Assembly: GCA_946965045.2 (NCBI GenBank)
Contig: OX337229.1
Coordinates: 1,054,001 to 1,118,000, forward strand
DNA: 64,000 nt
Source of the DNA: Epithemia pelagica
Lineage: Eukaryota; Protista; Bacillariophyta
Direction of reading: 5' to 3'
In this document: piece by piece, positions 55,275 through 64,000 of the stretch
Numbering within the stretch: position 1 is the first letter of the stretch
How the letters are laid out: the number at the start of each line of letters is the position of its first letter
The notes under the pieces: model-generated
What the model saw: the letters and a program-made list of their open reading frames with translations, nothing else
Told to the model about the DNA's origin: nothing
Database searches by the model: none
Translations under genes and position numbers: made by a program

Positions 55275-57524
55275 ATGACCGACACTCAAAGCAACCATGG
55301 ACTTTTGGAACTTCTTCGTCAGCCAGAAAGCCTAGGTATTGCACTAGGTGCAGGACATGATACAGAGAAACAAGAACAGGATCTTCGACGTCAACTGCGA
55401 CAGACGTGTCAGACCCTCTTTCAACGGGTCGAACAATTGGCTGTATTCTACAATCAGCTCCTTCAAAATAATGACAGCAAGACTCTTTCAGGAATTGACC
55501 ACCTGCACTTGGGAGATGAAAAATCCATGAGTGCGGAAATGATATTTGGGCAGATTGAACTCCAGAATACCGCCTTGCAAAAACTTCTCCGCAATGCCAA
55601 CAAAGCTCTCTCCAAGTCGGTCGAATCGGGGAAAGATGTTCGGCTAATCGAAGATGACGATGATGAAAATGACAGTGACAAAGACAAAAATGCCATGACA
55701 CCTGAATCAGATGAGCAGCAATCAGATGATAGTGAAGACGATGACGAAGAACGGAGAATACGCGAACGGATGGACCGTGTCATGGACGAAATGGAAGAAA
55801 GTGAACAGGAGGAGGATGGTATGGAAGAACATTTGAAGGAAAAGAAAGGTGCACATGAGGAAGCTCATCTAGAAGATCCGGCGGCAGAGGAGCTTAATGA
55901 TGGCTTCTTCGATTTCAATGAAATGGAGGCTTTTGCGGATGAGGAAGAGGAATACCTGCCCGATGAGGCTTTTGGTGAAGAAGAGCAGAATGAAAAGGGC
56001 CTTCAAGATACTCGGTCGTTTCATCAGAAATTGCGAGATGGTGATGGGGAACTTGAATCCGATGAAGATGAGGAAGAAGAGGATTTGGTGCTTCGGGCCA
56101 AATCCACTGTTCGACGAAAACGCTATCGAGAAGACGATGAAGTTGATGCTCTCTTCAAACTTTATGAAACCCCCATCGTAGAAGACGATTCTGACGAGGA
56201 TGAGCTGGATGTCACAAAAATGACGGCTGCAGATTTGTTTGGAAAACCAACAAAACGCTACTATGACAAATGGTACGGAGGAAAGAAGAAGCAAGTAACA
56301 CAATCAACACCACAAAATAAAAAGAAGAAAGCTGGTGACGGCGACGATGACTCGTGGGACGAATATGACTTTGAAAATGAGGATGCTGATGAAGTTGTCG
56401 GTTGGAACGATATGCCGAAAACCAGTCAAAGTACAAGAAAAAACATGGAAAATGACGGAGCTGCAACCACTGAAAATGATAAGTCTAAACCGAACGAAAG
56501 TGGTAATGGATCGCCAGTACCCAAAGACCGCAAGGAAGAAAAGTTGAACAAGCAAATCGAAAAACTGGAAAACGATATGATCTCAGAGAAGCCGTGGCAG
56601 ATGAAAGGTGAAATTCCAGGCACGGCACGTCCGGTAGATTCGTTGCTTGATTCGACACCAGAATTCGAAATTGCTTCCAAACAAGCCCCTGTTATCACAG
56701 TGGAGAGGACTGCTGACCTTGAGGAAGTGATTAAGAAACGGATCCTTGAAGAGGATTGGGATGACGTCGTTCCTCGAGAATTGCCAGATGTGGCATGGAA
56801 CAAAAAGAAGGGAGAACTCCCTGAAGTTGGCCAGGAAAAATCGAAACTTGGTCTCGGAGAATTGTATGAACGAGAGTACCTTAAAAAGGTTGCAGGCTAT
56901 GATGTAGATGCAGTAGAAAAGGAAACAGAAGAAGACAAGGCCAAGAATGAGATGAAAACTCTTTTTGCCAATCTATGCAGCAAATTAGATGCTCTCTCGA
57001 ACTATCATTTTGCACCTCGTCCTGTTGCCGATGAAGCCGAAATCAGACCCATTGCACAACCTGCTATTGCAATGGAAGAGGTCCTCCCTCTTCATGTAAG
57101 CGATGCTCGTGGAGTCGCACCCGAAGAAGTTTACGGTGCCAAGCGCGGTAGAGAGGCAGTTCTAAGAGGGGACACCGAATTGGAGCAACGAGACAAGAAA
57201 CGGTTGCGCTCGTCGAAAAAGGCAGCGAGGCGAAAGGCTCGAAAAGAAAAGTTGGCGGACGAGAAGCTCCTATCGAGATTGGAACCTGGCCTTGGCCTCA
57301 ATAATCCGTACGAGAAGCGCAAGATGCGCGAGGAATTGGCGGCCGCCCGTGCACGTGGCAAGGTGTCCAAGGGAGAAGAAGACACACAATCATACGGCAA
57401 GAGTACCACATTCTTCAAGCGCATGCAAAATGAAGCACGAGAAACCATTCTCAACAAACAAGGTGCGGGAGAACCAGAGAAAGGGGCCAAGAAATCTGCA
57501 AAATCTTCGTCGCTCAAGTTGTAG
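55275..57524 (+). CDS. MPP10: U3 snoRNP protein Mpp10
   Basis: Acidic N-half with LNDGFFDFNEMEAF. KPWQMKGE...RPVDSLL, VIKKRILEEDWDDV, KSKLGLGELYEREY, KLDALSNYHFAP, IAMEEVLP and a C-terminal FFKRMQ...SSSLKL are present. Confidence 0.96.
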   Translation: MTDTQSNHGLLELLRQPESLGIALGAGHDTEKQEQDLRRQLRQTCQTLFQRVEQLAVFYNQLLQNNDSKTLSGIDHLHLGDEKSMSAEMIFGQIELQNTALQKLLRNANKALSKSVESGKDVRLIEDDDDENDSDKDKNAMTPESDEQQSDDSEDDDEERRIRERMDRVMDEMEESEQEEDGMEEHLKEKKGAHEEAHLEDPAAEELNDGFFDFNEMEAFADEEEEYLPDEAFGEEEQNEKGLQDTRSFHQKLRDGDGELESDEDEEEEDLVLRAKSTVRRKRYREDDEVDALFKLYETPIVEDDSDEDELDVTKMTAADLFGKPTKRYYDKWYGGKKKQVTQSTPQNKKKKAGDGDDDSWDEYDFENEDADEVVGWNDMPKTSQSTRKNMENDGAATTENDKSKPNESGNGSPVPKDRKEEKLNKQIEKLENDMISEKPWQMKGEIPGTARPVDSLLDSTPEFEIASKQAPVITVERTADLEEVIKKRILEEDWDDVVPRELPDVAWNKKKGELPEVGQEKSKLGLGELYEREYLKKVAGYDVDAVEKETEEDKAKNEMKTLFANLCSKLDALSNYHFAPRPVADEAEIRPIAQPAIAMEEVLPLHVSDARGVAPEEVYGAKRGREAVLRGDTELEQRDKKRLRSSKKAARRKARKEKLADEKLLSRLEPGLGLNNPYEKRKMREELAAARARGKVSKGEEDTQSYGKSTTFFKRMQNEARETILNKQGAGEPEKGAKKSAKSSSLKL

Positions 57525-57540
57525 TAGAGCTTCAGTTGGC

Positions 57541-58656
57541 TCACAAACGCTTGTTTGGATCCTCCAAATTGAGTTGCTCATGCAAGAACTGAATGTACTC
57601 GGGTGTGAAACCACAACAACCACCAACTATTCGGACCTGTAAATCCCGGATCCAGTGTGCCACAAACTCATTGTAGTAGCGCACAGGAGCCATATCAGAT
57701 CGCATTGCTTGTGCTTCGTCTGCTCCTGACAGAGTCCAATCTGGGGCTATTGGGGTCAGCCGATTGGCGTAGGCCCCGAGCACAATGCCTTCTGCTACAA
57801 GCCTTGCCTTGATGTGGTTGTTTGCATGAATAGACGAGAGAGCCTGTGTAATTGCCTCTGGTTCTGCGCAGTTGAATAAAATAGCCGAAACTAAAACAGG
57901 AATTAGATCAAACGTGAGACAATGTTGCACATAATTTGTTTCCACTCGTTTTGTGATTTCTCTCACCCTTGATTGAGTGTTTCGAAGTAAAATCCAAAAG
58001 TCGAAACATGGCAGGCAGAGCTTCTTCGCCACTTCTCAGTTGCGCCACACTATTCAACGTGAAGGAAACGAGCAACGGTTTTCTGGGTGCCCGTTGGTTC
58101 ACTGCAAACGTAGCTTGCATGGACTCTTCCACCGAGGACATGGTTTCCGCGAGAAATCCATCGACGTGCTCGCTCATGGCATCAATCATATGACCGTATG
58201 TTTCGACCCCTTGCTCATGGGGCAAAATAAGATCTGGACGGTACGATTCAACCAATGGACCGAGCGAGCCGAGTACAAACCAACTCGCATTCTCCGTCTT
58301 TTCTCCTCCTCCTGGACAACTTCTCGAGCAAGACGGGCTGCAGTTCCACAATGTTTGATAACGTCGTCCTGCGAAAATCCCACATGCTGCGTGATTCCAT
58401 AAGAATTTGTGGTAATGGCTCGAGCACCGGCCCGAACGAAGGATCGATGAACGTCTTTCAACAGGGTGTGGTAGTGTGGATCCGAGACTGCCAGGGCCGA
58501 CCATGTGGTTCGATCGTCCGGCATACCTCGACGCAAGAGTTCTTCTCCAGTACCACCATCGAGCAACAACACTCCCATTTCATCTCCAATCTTGGCAAGG
58601 TCCTTGAAGGAAGAACTCAACATTGCGGACAAGGCAGCAAACTTTCGACAGGCCAT
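57541..58656 (-). CDS. Homocysteine S-methyltransferase family protein; intron 57891-57966; apparent 1-nt frameshift at about 58300 (start may instead be 58623 or 58578)
   Basis: LLLDGGTGEEL...AGARAITTNSY is in one frame and FVLGSLGP...FLAETMSS is in the next. The last exon has LFNC and IVGGCCGFTPEYI (Zn ligands). Confidence 0.85.
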
Positions 58657-58892
58657 GATGATTGCAGAAAAAGAACATTTCAGTCGCAAAAGAAAACAAA
58701 GATACGATGGACATGGATCGCCGCCTGTCGCGTTGGAGGGAAACTGGATCCAAACCGGGAGACAGCCAGACGTCGTGAGAATGATGAGGGCAAGACGGCA
58801 CGAGGACCACCAAATAAACCCAAAACTTTTCCCACCTCTGTTCTTGCCATCCCAAGGCTTGCATTTTGCCATCAAGAGACAAAGGGCGGCGC

Positions 58893-61478
58893 ATGAGAGT
58901 CGAATTATCTTCCTGGGAGACGACCCGACTATCCATTCCAAGCAGGAGGCGAAAGGCACCCGGCTCGGCTGCCAATTTGGACCATGCCAGCCGAACGCTC
59001 GCTACATCGTTTGTCTCCACCCCTGTGCTTGGCTCTACTAGATGGACCAAAAAATCAAAGCGGGTTGACAATGTGGAAGATAAAATTGTCCCCTATGCTG
59101 TTGTCACGAGTCACGGTCGTGTAGTTGTGGTTGGGAAGCGAACGATAGAAGATGCATCTCTGGAAGAAAGTCGTCAGATTTTGCAATATGAATGTCGACC
59201 TGGTGTTCGCTTCTTTCCAAAAGATGACGGTGACAACTTACCGTGCATTTCGGTTGTCTTCGATGTCGGAAATGACAGATTTGTCGGTGTTCAGGGTGAT
59301 ACCAATCGACGACTCATTTCTTGGTCCGCGTCGTCTACCCCTGAAAATGCTGTTCACACCACGTTGGACCAACCAATACTCAGTCTCGCTCCGTTGCCCG
59401 ATTGCGGTGAGGGACGATCCATTGTTTATGGAACTCTTGGTAACTACGATCTCTTCATTGCCTCATGTGACACGAACGGTTTCAATGTACAGAGATTTAG
59501 CTCGTCCCTCTTGAATCCCAATCTACGCCACGTCGGAACTGTAGCTGTCCTGTACACTGAACATGAATCAGGAAGCAAAAAGAGGAAACAACTCAATGAA
59601 TGTTCCTTCCTCTATCAGATTTTTGCTGATAAGAGGCAGTTCATTGTCGTGAGGCATCGGTTGTCGGGGTTGCAGTCATCCGAATTCAAGCATACAGAGA
59701 GAATAGAACAATTTGTCCCTCTCCAAAGAAACGGCAACTTTCCCGAAGCCGACATTGAGTTCTCCAATCTTTTGGGTATAGTCAGAAATGGTGACTTGGC
59801 TGTACTAAACTTCAGAATAGGGGGAGAGCTCTTCGTTGCTTGTTTGTCCTTGAGACCAAATGTCTCTATACAATCAAGTTTCCAGATGCCAATGGAGACC
59901 AAATCAATGGCTCTTGGACATGAGAATGGTCTGATAGCCCATGTCGGAACTCATCTTTGCCTTTTTGATATTCGCCAAAGAGCACTACTTGCACGGTATT
60001 CACTAAATGACATATTTCCGGATGTTAAAGAAAACACATCACTTGAGGTGGTTGGTGACGCCACCAACTCTCGCATCTTCATGCTTTCGGAGGAGAGCAA
60101 AGAGAGTTGTTGCATCCGTATGTGTTCTCTCTTTTCGACAAGCCGTCTTCGGTTGGCCGATGCAATATCTACAGCGCACGGAAATGGGCTTGTCCGACCG
60201 AACTACATGGCATCCTCGTTCTTGTCACAAGAACCCGACAACACTCATTCAAAAGTCGAGAAGCAAAAGCAGTTTGACCAAGCAGTGGAGATTTTGCATT
60301 CGGCGAGGTCCGCTATCATGACTTCGCGGAAGGGCAAAAAAGTTCCAAGAGACTTTTTAGTCGACAAAGTACTAGAAGCGTCCAATGTCATTTTGGGACA
60401 GGACAAAAATCCTCAAAATGGTGAAACGAGCGCGCCCTTAGTCAATGGCAAGGCGAATGGATCACGTCGATCCGTGACTCCAAAAAATGGTACCCACCAT
60501 GCAAAAAAGTCTCCGTCGCAAAATCAATCATCTGGCAACAAAGCGATTGCAATAGGTACGGTGTTCTCAAAACTCCCTTCTTCCTTCCTTGACGAAGTTG
60601 CAGTTCTTGTGGCAAATCTCGTGGTGGCGTCAGATGCGAATCAGGCCGTTGTGCCCTATCTTGACAACGCCTGTGAAATTTTCCGTGAGATTTTACAAAC
60701 GAAAAAGATTAATGCACGCATGCTACTACGGGACGAAAACGAGAATGCAAATCTTGTTGCGAGACTCTGTAAATCACTGAAAGCTTACAACGACGACAAA
60801 AAGACGCCCAAATACTCCACGATGGAATTTATTTTTGACATGATTCGACTCTGTCAAGATGTTTCAGAGAGTCAATTGGTGCAATTCATGCATCACATTC
60901 TCTTTTCCGAAACCCCATCCAACATAGCAATGTATGTTCGATCCGCGACACACCTGGATGTGGATGATGGTAGTATGTCCACCTGCAATCAGTTTCTTGA
61001 GCTGAACAATTCAAAGGATGATGACGAAGGAAGTTTGCTTTCTGCTCGTGTACTGGTCATGGGAGTATCTTTGTTGATAAGGGAAATTGTGTCATATTCA
61101 TCTTTGAATGGATCTTTGTTGCGACGAGGTTTTACAGAGACTTTCTCACGACAAGAACTTTTCATGCTTATGCGCCTTTTTCCCAAGTTCATTGCATCAC
61201 TCGGATTATCTAAGAGACTGCTAGAATTGCTCAATGCCGTCTGTGACTGCATCTATAGTATGGAGCAGTTATCAGAAGAAGAAGCATCTGCTATCAGCGC
61301 TCTGGAAGAAGTCGTAGCCAACGAAGCAGCATTTTCCGAGTCTCTCTTGCCATACGACGTTGCATTGCGTGATTTTAAGGTGACGCCGGCAGAAGAGAAA
61401 AAAGATTCGGTCCAAGTGCTGGACCTGCTCAACGCACCACCAGTTTCGCCTTACCAGATCGAGCGACTAATTCTTTGA
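58893..61478 (+). CDS. Large hypothetical protein with a beta-strand-rich N-half and helical C-half (possibly Utp8/NOL11-like)
   Basis: Uninterrupted about 860-aa ORF. The domain organisation is inferred from composition only. Confidence 0.75.
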   Translation: MRVELSSWETTRLSIPSRRRKAPGSAANLDHASRTLATSFVSTPVLGSTRWTKKSKRVDNVEDKIVPYAVVTSHGRVVVVGKRTIEDASLEESRQILQYECRPGVRFFPKDDGDNLPCISVVFDVGNDRFVGVQGDTNRRLISWSASSTPENAVHTTLDQPILSLAPLPDCGEGRSIVYGTLGNYDLFIASCDTNGFNVQRFSSSLLNPNLRHVGTVAVLYTEHESGSKKRKQLNECSFLYQIFADKRQFIVVRHRLSGLQSSEFKHTERIEQFVPLQRNGNFPEADIEFSNLLGIVRNGDLAVLNFRIGGELFVACLSLRPNVSIQSSFQMPMETKSMALGHENGLIAHVGTHLCLFDIRQRALLARYSLNDIFPDVKENTSLEVVGDATNSRIFMLSEESKESCCIRMCSLFSTSRLRLADAISTAHGNGLVRPNYMASSFLSQEPDNTHSKVEKQKQFDQAVEILHSARSAIMTSRKGKKVPRDFLVDKVLEASNVILGQDKNPQNGETSAPLVNGKANGSRRSVTPKNGTHHAKKSPSQNQSSGNKAIAIGTVFSKLPSSFLDEVAVLVANLVVASDANQAVVPYLDNACEIFREILQTKKINARMLLRDENENANLVARLCKSLKAYNDDKKTPKYSTMEFIFDMIRLCQDVSESQLVQFMHHILFSETPSNIAMYVRSATHLDVDDGSMSTCNQFLELNNSKDDDEGSLLSARVLVMGVSLLIREIVSYSSLNGSLLRRGFTETFSRQELFMLMRLFPKFIASLGLSKRLLELLNAVCDCIYSMEQLSEEEASAISALEEVVANEAAFSESLLPYDVALRDFKVTPAEEKKDSVQVLDLLNAPPVSPYQIERLIL

Positions 61479-61539
61479 TGCAGTGTGTCTAGATTATGAT
61501 GTAGCTTTGGACTTTCTCCTTGTTTATTCATTCTACTGC

Positions 61540-63336
61540 CTAGTTGCTGTCGGCATAGCTCTTTGCCTTGTGTTTCGGCTCAAACCTAAAGCCGTCAGGA
61601 ACGGGACCGAGCAGCATCTCGGAGATATGAATCCAATCCGAGCTGTGCGGTGAGAGCATCAATGTTTCCAAGTCATCTCTTCCACAAAGGTAGACGGGTG
61701 GTCGCTGGTTCATCTTTTGTGGGAGAACTTCCACGAGTCCAACGGGTACGTAGCGATGTAAGAAGGAAAGCCATTCCAGTAGAAAGCGTCGACAATTGTT
61801 CACGCCCTGCTGATCCGAGCCCCAGTGTTCCAGACCAAATTTGACGAAATCCTTTAGAAAGTCCAGTCGTTCGGAGGAAGAGATATCCCAATGACGTCGT
61901 TCTTTTATCTCCGTTGGTAACCAAGGCTTGATCAGAGCTCCACGTGCAAGCATCGCACAAGATGAGAGACCTGGTTTTGAGAGCACGTTTGTTTCATAGT
62001 CCGTATACGAAAAGATATCACCGTTACCAATCACTGGGATTTGTGGGGATGAGTCCACTTGGCTTTGGGCGACTTTCTGGATATATTCCCAGTTTGCCTC
62101 TTTGGAATAACGCTGCAGTCTCGAGCGCCCATGAACCATGACGGCTCCAATCCCTCCTGTATTCCATTCTTGAATCTTACGTACAAGATCATGGGCAAAC
62201 GGCTTGGCCATGTCCCAACCAGTTCGCATTTTGATAGTGACAGGGCACGACAAGGTGCTTGTTATCGCTGCCACTGTGCTTTTCAGGTTCTTGTCTCGTT
62301 TCATCAGTGCAGCGCCTGCCCCTTTATCACAGACCAGATCTAGCGGACAACCAAGATTCAGATCCACAAAATCGACATTCATTTCTGCTTCAATTACTTC
62401 GGCAACACGTCCAAACTGATCCGGATAACCTCCAGCAATTTGCACTCCGAATATATCTTCTTCATGGTGCCTCTTGAGGAGTGCCCACTCGGACGGTTGC
62501 CCTTGAATCAGATTCGTGCAAAGTGCCATTTCTCCACATGTGATATCTGCTCCAAACTTTTTCATAATCCTACGAAATGGCAAATTCCCAACTGTCGTCA
62601 AGGGTGCAACATACACTTTATTTGAAAAATCGATGAGTTTTCGCGTCGTCGGCAATGGAGACAAAGATGGAGCCTGACTGGGTTGGTCCTCCGGTTTTTG
62701 AGGCTTTTCGGAATTATTGTGTCGCTGTGTTTTAAAAGGATATTTCTTCTTTCGAAGTTGTACAACGGTGTCTCTGTTCAAAGCGTTCATAACCTCTGGA
62801 GGAGGATTCTCGGGAAGAGGATTCATGTCAAGGTTTTCACCCGTTGCCATATTCAAGTGTGATTCGCCCAACCGGCAGTTGACGCCAAATGGGCAATGGC
62901 CTCGTAAACGATAGATCGGACACCCACCCTCCACCTGACTGATGCCCGGTTGTCGAGTGGCCATGAATTCTTTCACATTATGTGAATATAAACACTTTTC
63001 TCCATACTGACACTCAGTACCTCGAATGACAGAGATACAAATCTTTTGATCCGGTGTTATGCGATTATCACGAGGACGCTTCTTTTTGTTGTTTCTCCCT
63101 TTCTTCTCTGGTTCCTCCACAGGTTCCACCCGCAACGGTGGCAACGACGGAGCGCGGCTCTGCATTACAAAATCCTTCTTGACATGCACCGAATATGCAT
63201 CGTAACGATCTTTCTTCGGCGATGATGATGTTTCGACCTTATCATTCTTGGACACCGTTGTCTCCACCTCAGAGCTCGCAGGTGTCGAATCCGGATTCGA
63301 CGAAGGTTTAGGTTTCGTGTCCTCAATTTCCGCCAT
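61540..63336 (-). CDS. DUS3: tRNA-dihydrouridine(47) synthase with CCCH zinc fingers
   Basis: Two CCCH fingers, plus YVAPLTTVGNLPFRR, CGEMA, VDLNLGCP, TIKMRTGW, VHGRSRLQRYSK, IGNGD, ARGALIKPW and EHWGSD. Confidence 0.96.
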   Translation of the reverse strand: MAEIEDTKPKPSSNPDSTPASSEVETTVSKNDKVETSSSPKKDRYDAYSVHVKKDFVMQSRAPSLPPLRVEPVEEPEKKGRNNKKKRPRDNRITPDQKICISVIRGTECQYGEKCLYSHNVKEFMATRQPGISQVEGGCPIYRLRGHCPFGVNCRLGESHLNMATGENLDMNPLPENPPPEVMNALNRDTVVQLRKKKYPFKTQRHNNSEKPQKPEDQPSQAPSLSPLPTTRKLIDFSNKVYVAPLTTVGNLPFRRIMKKFGADITCGEMALCTNLIQGQPSEWALLKRHHEEDIFGVQIAGGYPDQFGRVAEVIEAEMNVDFVDLNLGCPLDLVCDKGAGAALMKRDKNLKSTVAAITSTLSCPVTIKMRTGWDMAKPFAHDLVRKIQEWNTGGIGAVMVHGRSRLQRYSKEANWEYIQKVAQSQVDSSPQIPVIGNGDIFSYTDYETNVLSKPGLSSCAMLARGALIKPWLPTEIKERRHWDISSSERLDFLKDFVKFGLEHWGSDQQGVNNCRRFLLEWLSFLHRYVPVGLVEVLPQKMNQRPPVYLCGRDDLETLMLSPHSSDWIHISEMLLGPVPDGFRFEPKHKAKSYADSN

Positions 63337-63568
63337 GGTGAATGAAAGTGGTTTCTCGATCTAAAATCTAAACAGTAAGAGGGGTGGACGTGAGCTAGTC
63401 CGGAAGACGGACAGGCATCGTGGCATTCCCGTTTCAATCGGTGAAGCGGGAATGGAGGCTAGGCGAAAAATGCGACCGAAAAATGCGTCGAGTGTGGACA
63501 CGTGGAGCATCGCTCCACAAACATCAACGCATCCGTTCCCCACAAAAACGAAAAGTGTGGTCACCACC

Positions 63569-64000
63569 ATGACAATAGGACGCAACAAACAGGTTCTTAG
63601 ATGGAGGCTTCTGCTCCTCCTGGCGCTATGTTTCATGAATATAGTGATAGGACAAGTGGATGTGGTGATAGATGATGTACCAGAAGATATTCCCTTGTCG
63701 TCCGAAGATGCGGCGATGCCACTGGACGAGGGAGCCAATGAGACTGAGACCACAACAACCGAACCAGAGGAAGCAACAATTCAGGTGAATGATTATCTCG
63801 AAACACTAGACAATGAAGCGCTTCGGGCAATATGTGAAGACCGGGGTTTTGATGTAATACCACGAAAGGATGGTCTACCCTTGGAGCGATCTGACTTTTT
63901 GGAAGCGGCCCGTCGCTGTTTAAGCTTGGAGGACGAAATGAATGCAATTTTGGCGCAGAATCCTGATCTCGCGGCAGAATTGGAGGCAGAAATTGCCCGT
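63569..64000 (+). CDS. Secreted/ER acidic protein, 5' part only (runs off the window)
   Basis: ATG at 63569 with the frame open to the window end (144 codons). The signal peptide is LLLLLALCFMNIVIG, followed by an acidic linker and the helical motif YLETLDNEALRAICEDRGF. Confidence 0.75.
   Translation, partial: MTIGRNKQVLRWRLLLLLALCFMNIVIGQVDVVIDDVPEDIPLSSEDAAMPLDEGANETETTTTEPEEATIQVNDYLETLDNEALRAICEDRGFDVIPRKDGLPLERSDFLEAARRCLSLEDEMNAILAQNPDLAAELEAEIAR

Overview
Gene-dense eukaryotic nuclear DNA, most likely from a raphid pennate diatom (inference). The evidence is short GT-AG introns (about 60-280 bp) and bipartite plastid presequences with ASAFAP-type motifs (TDAFSP in LeuA, TDAFHV in ClpP). 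About 34 protein-coding genes can be reconstructed, many by splicing ORF fragments by hand. Housekeeping genes include RPL24, LeuA, ClpP, SNW1/Prp45, SMT/ERG6, ubiquilin, MPP10, DUS3, DnaJ, an SDR, a Ctr copper transporter, an HPPD-like dioxygenase and an HMT. No tRNA, rRNA or CRISPR array was recognised. The main observations are: (i) a 5-exon, about 1150-aa chromatin protein (51237-54970, minus) with two Tudor domains, a zf-CXXC, a possible MBD-like segment and a divergent SET domain, resembling a SETDB1-like reader-writer; (ii) a metallo-beta-lactamase plus cNMP-binding protein, a candidate cyclic-nucleotide-regulated phosphodiesterase; (iii) a protein joining an eIF4B/4H-like motif and a peptide repeat array to a W2 domain; (iv) two non-autonomous DNA transposons defined by their ends, a PIF/Harbinger MITE (31-bp TIR, TAA TSD) and a Mutator-like element (11-bp TIR, 10-bp TSD, SWIM-like remnant); (v) a one-base frameshift inside the HMT gene; (vi) a GH10 xylanase without a signal peptide, a Cys-stapled potato-inhibitor-I protein and a self-complementary RPL24 intron. 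All family assignments come from motif recognition by eye, without database searches.
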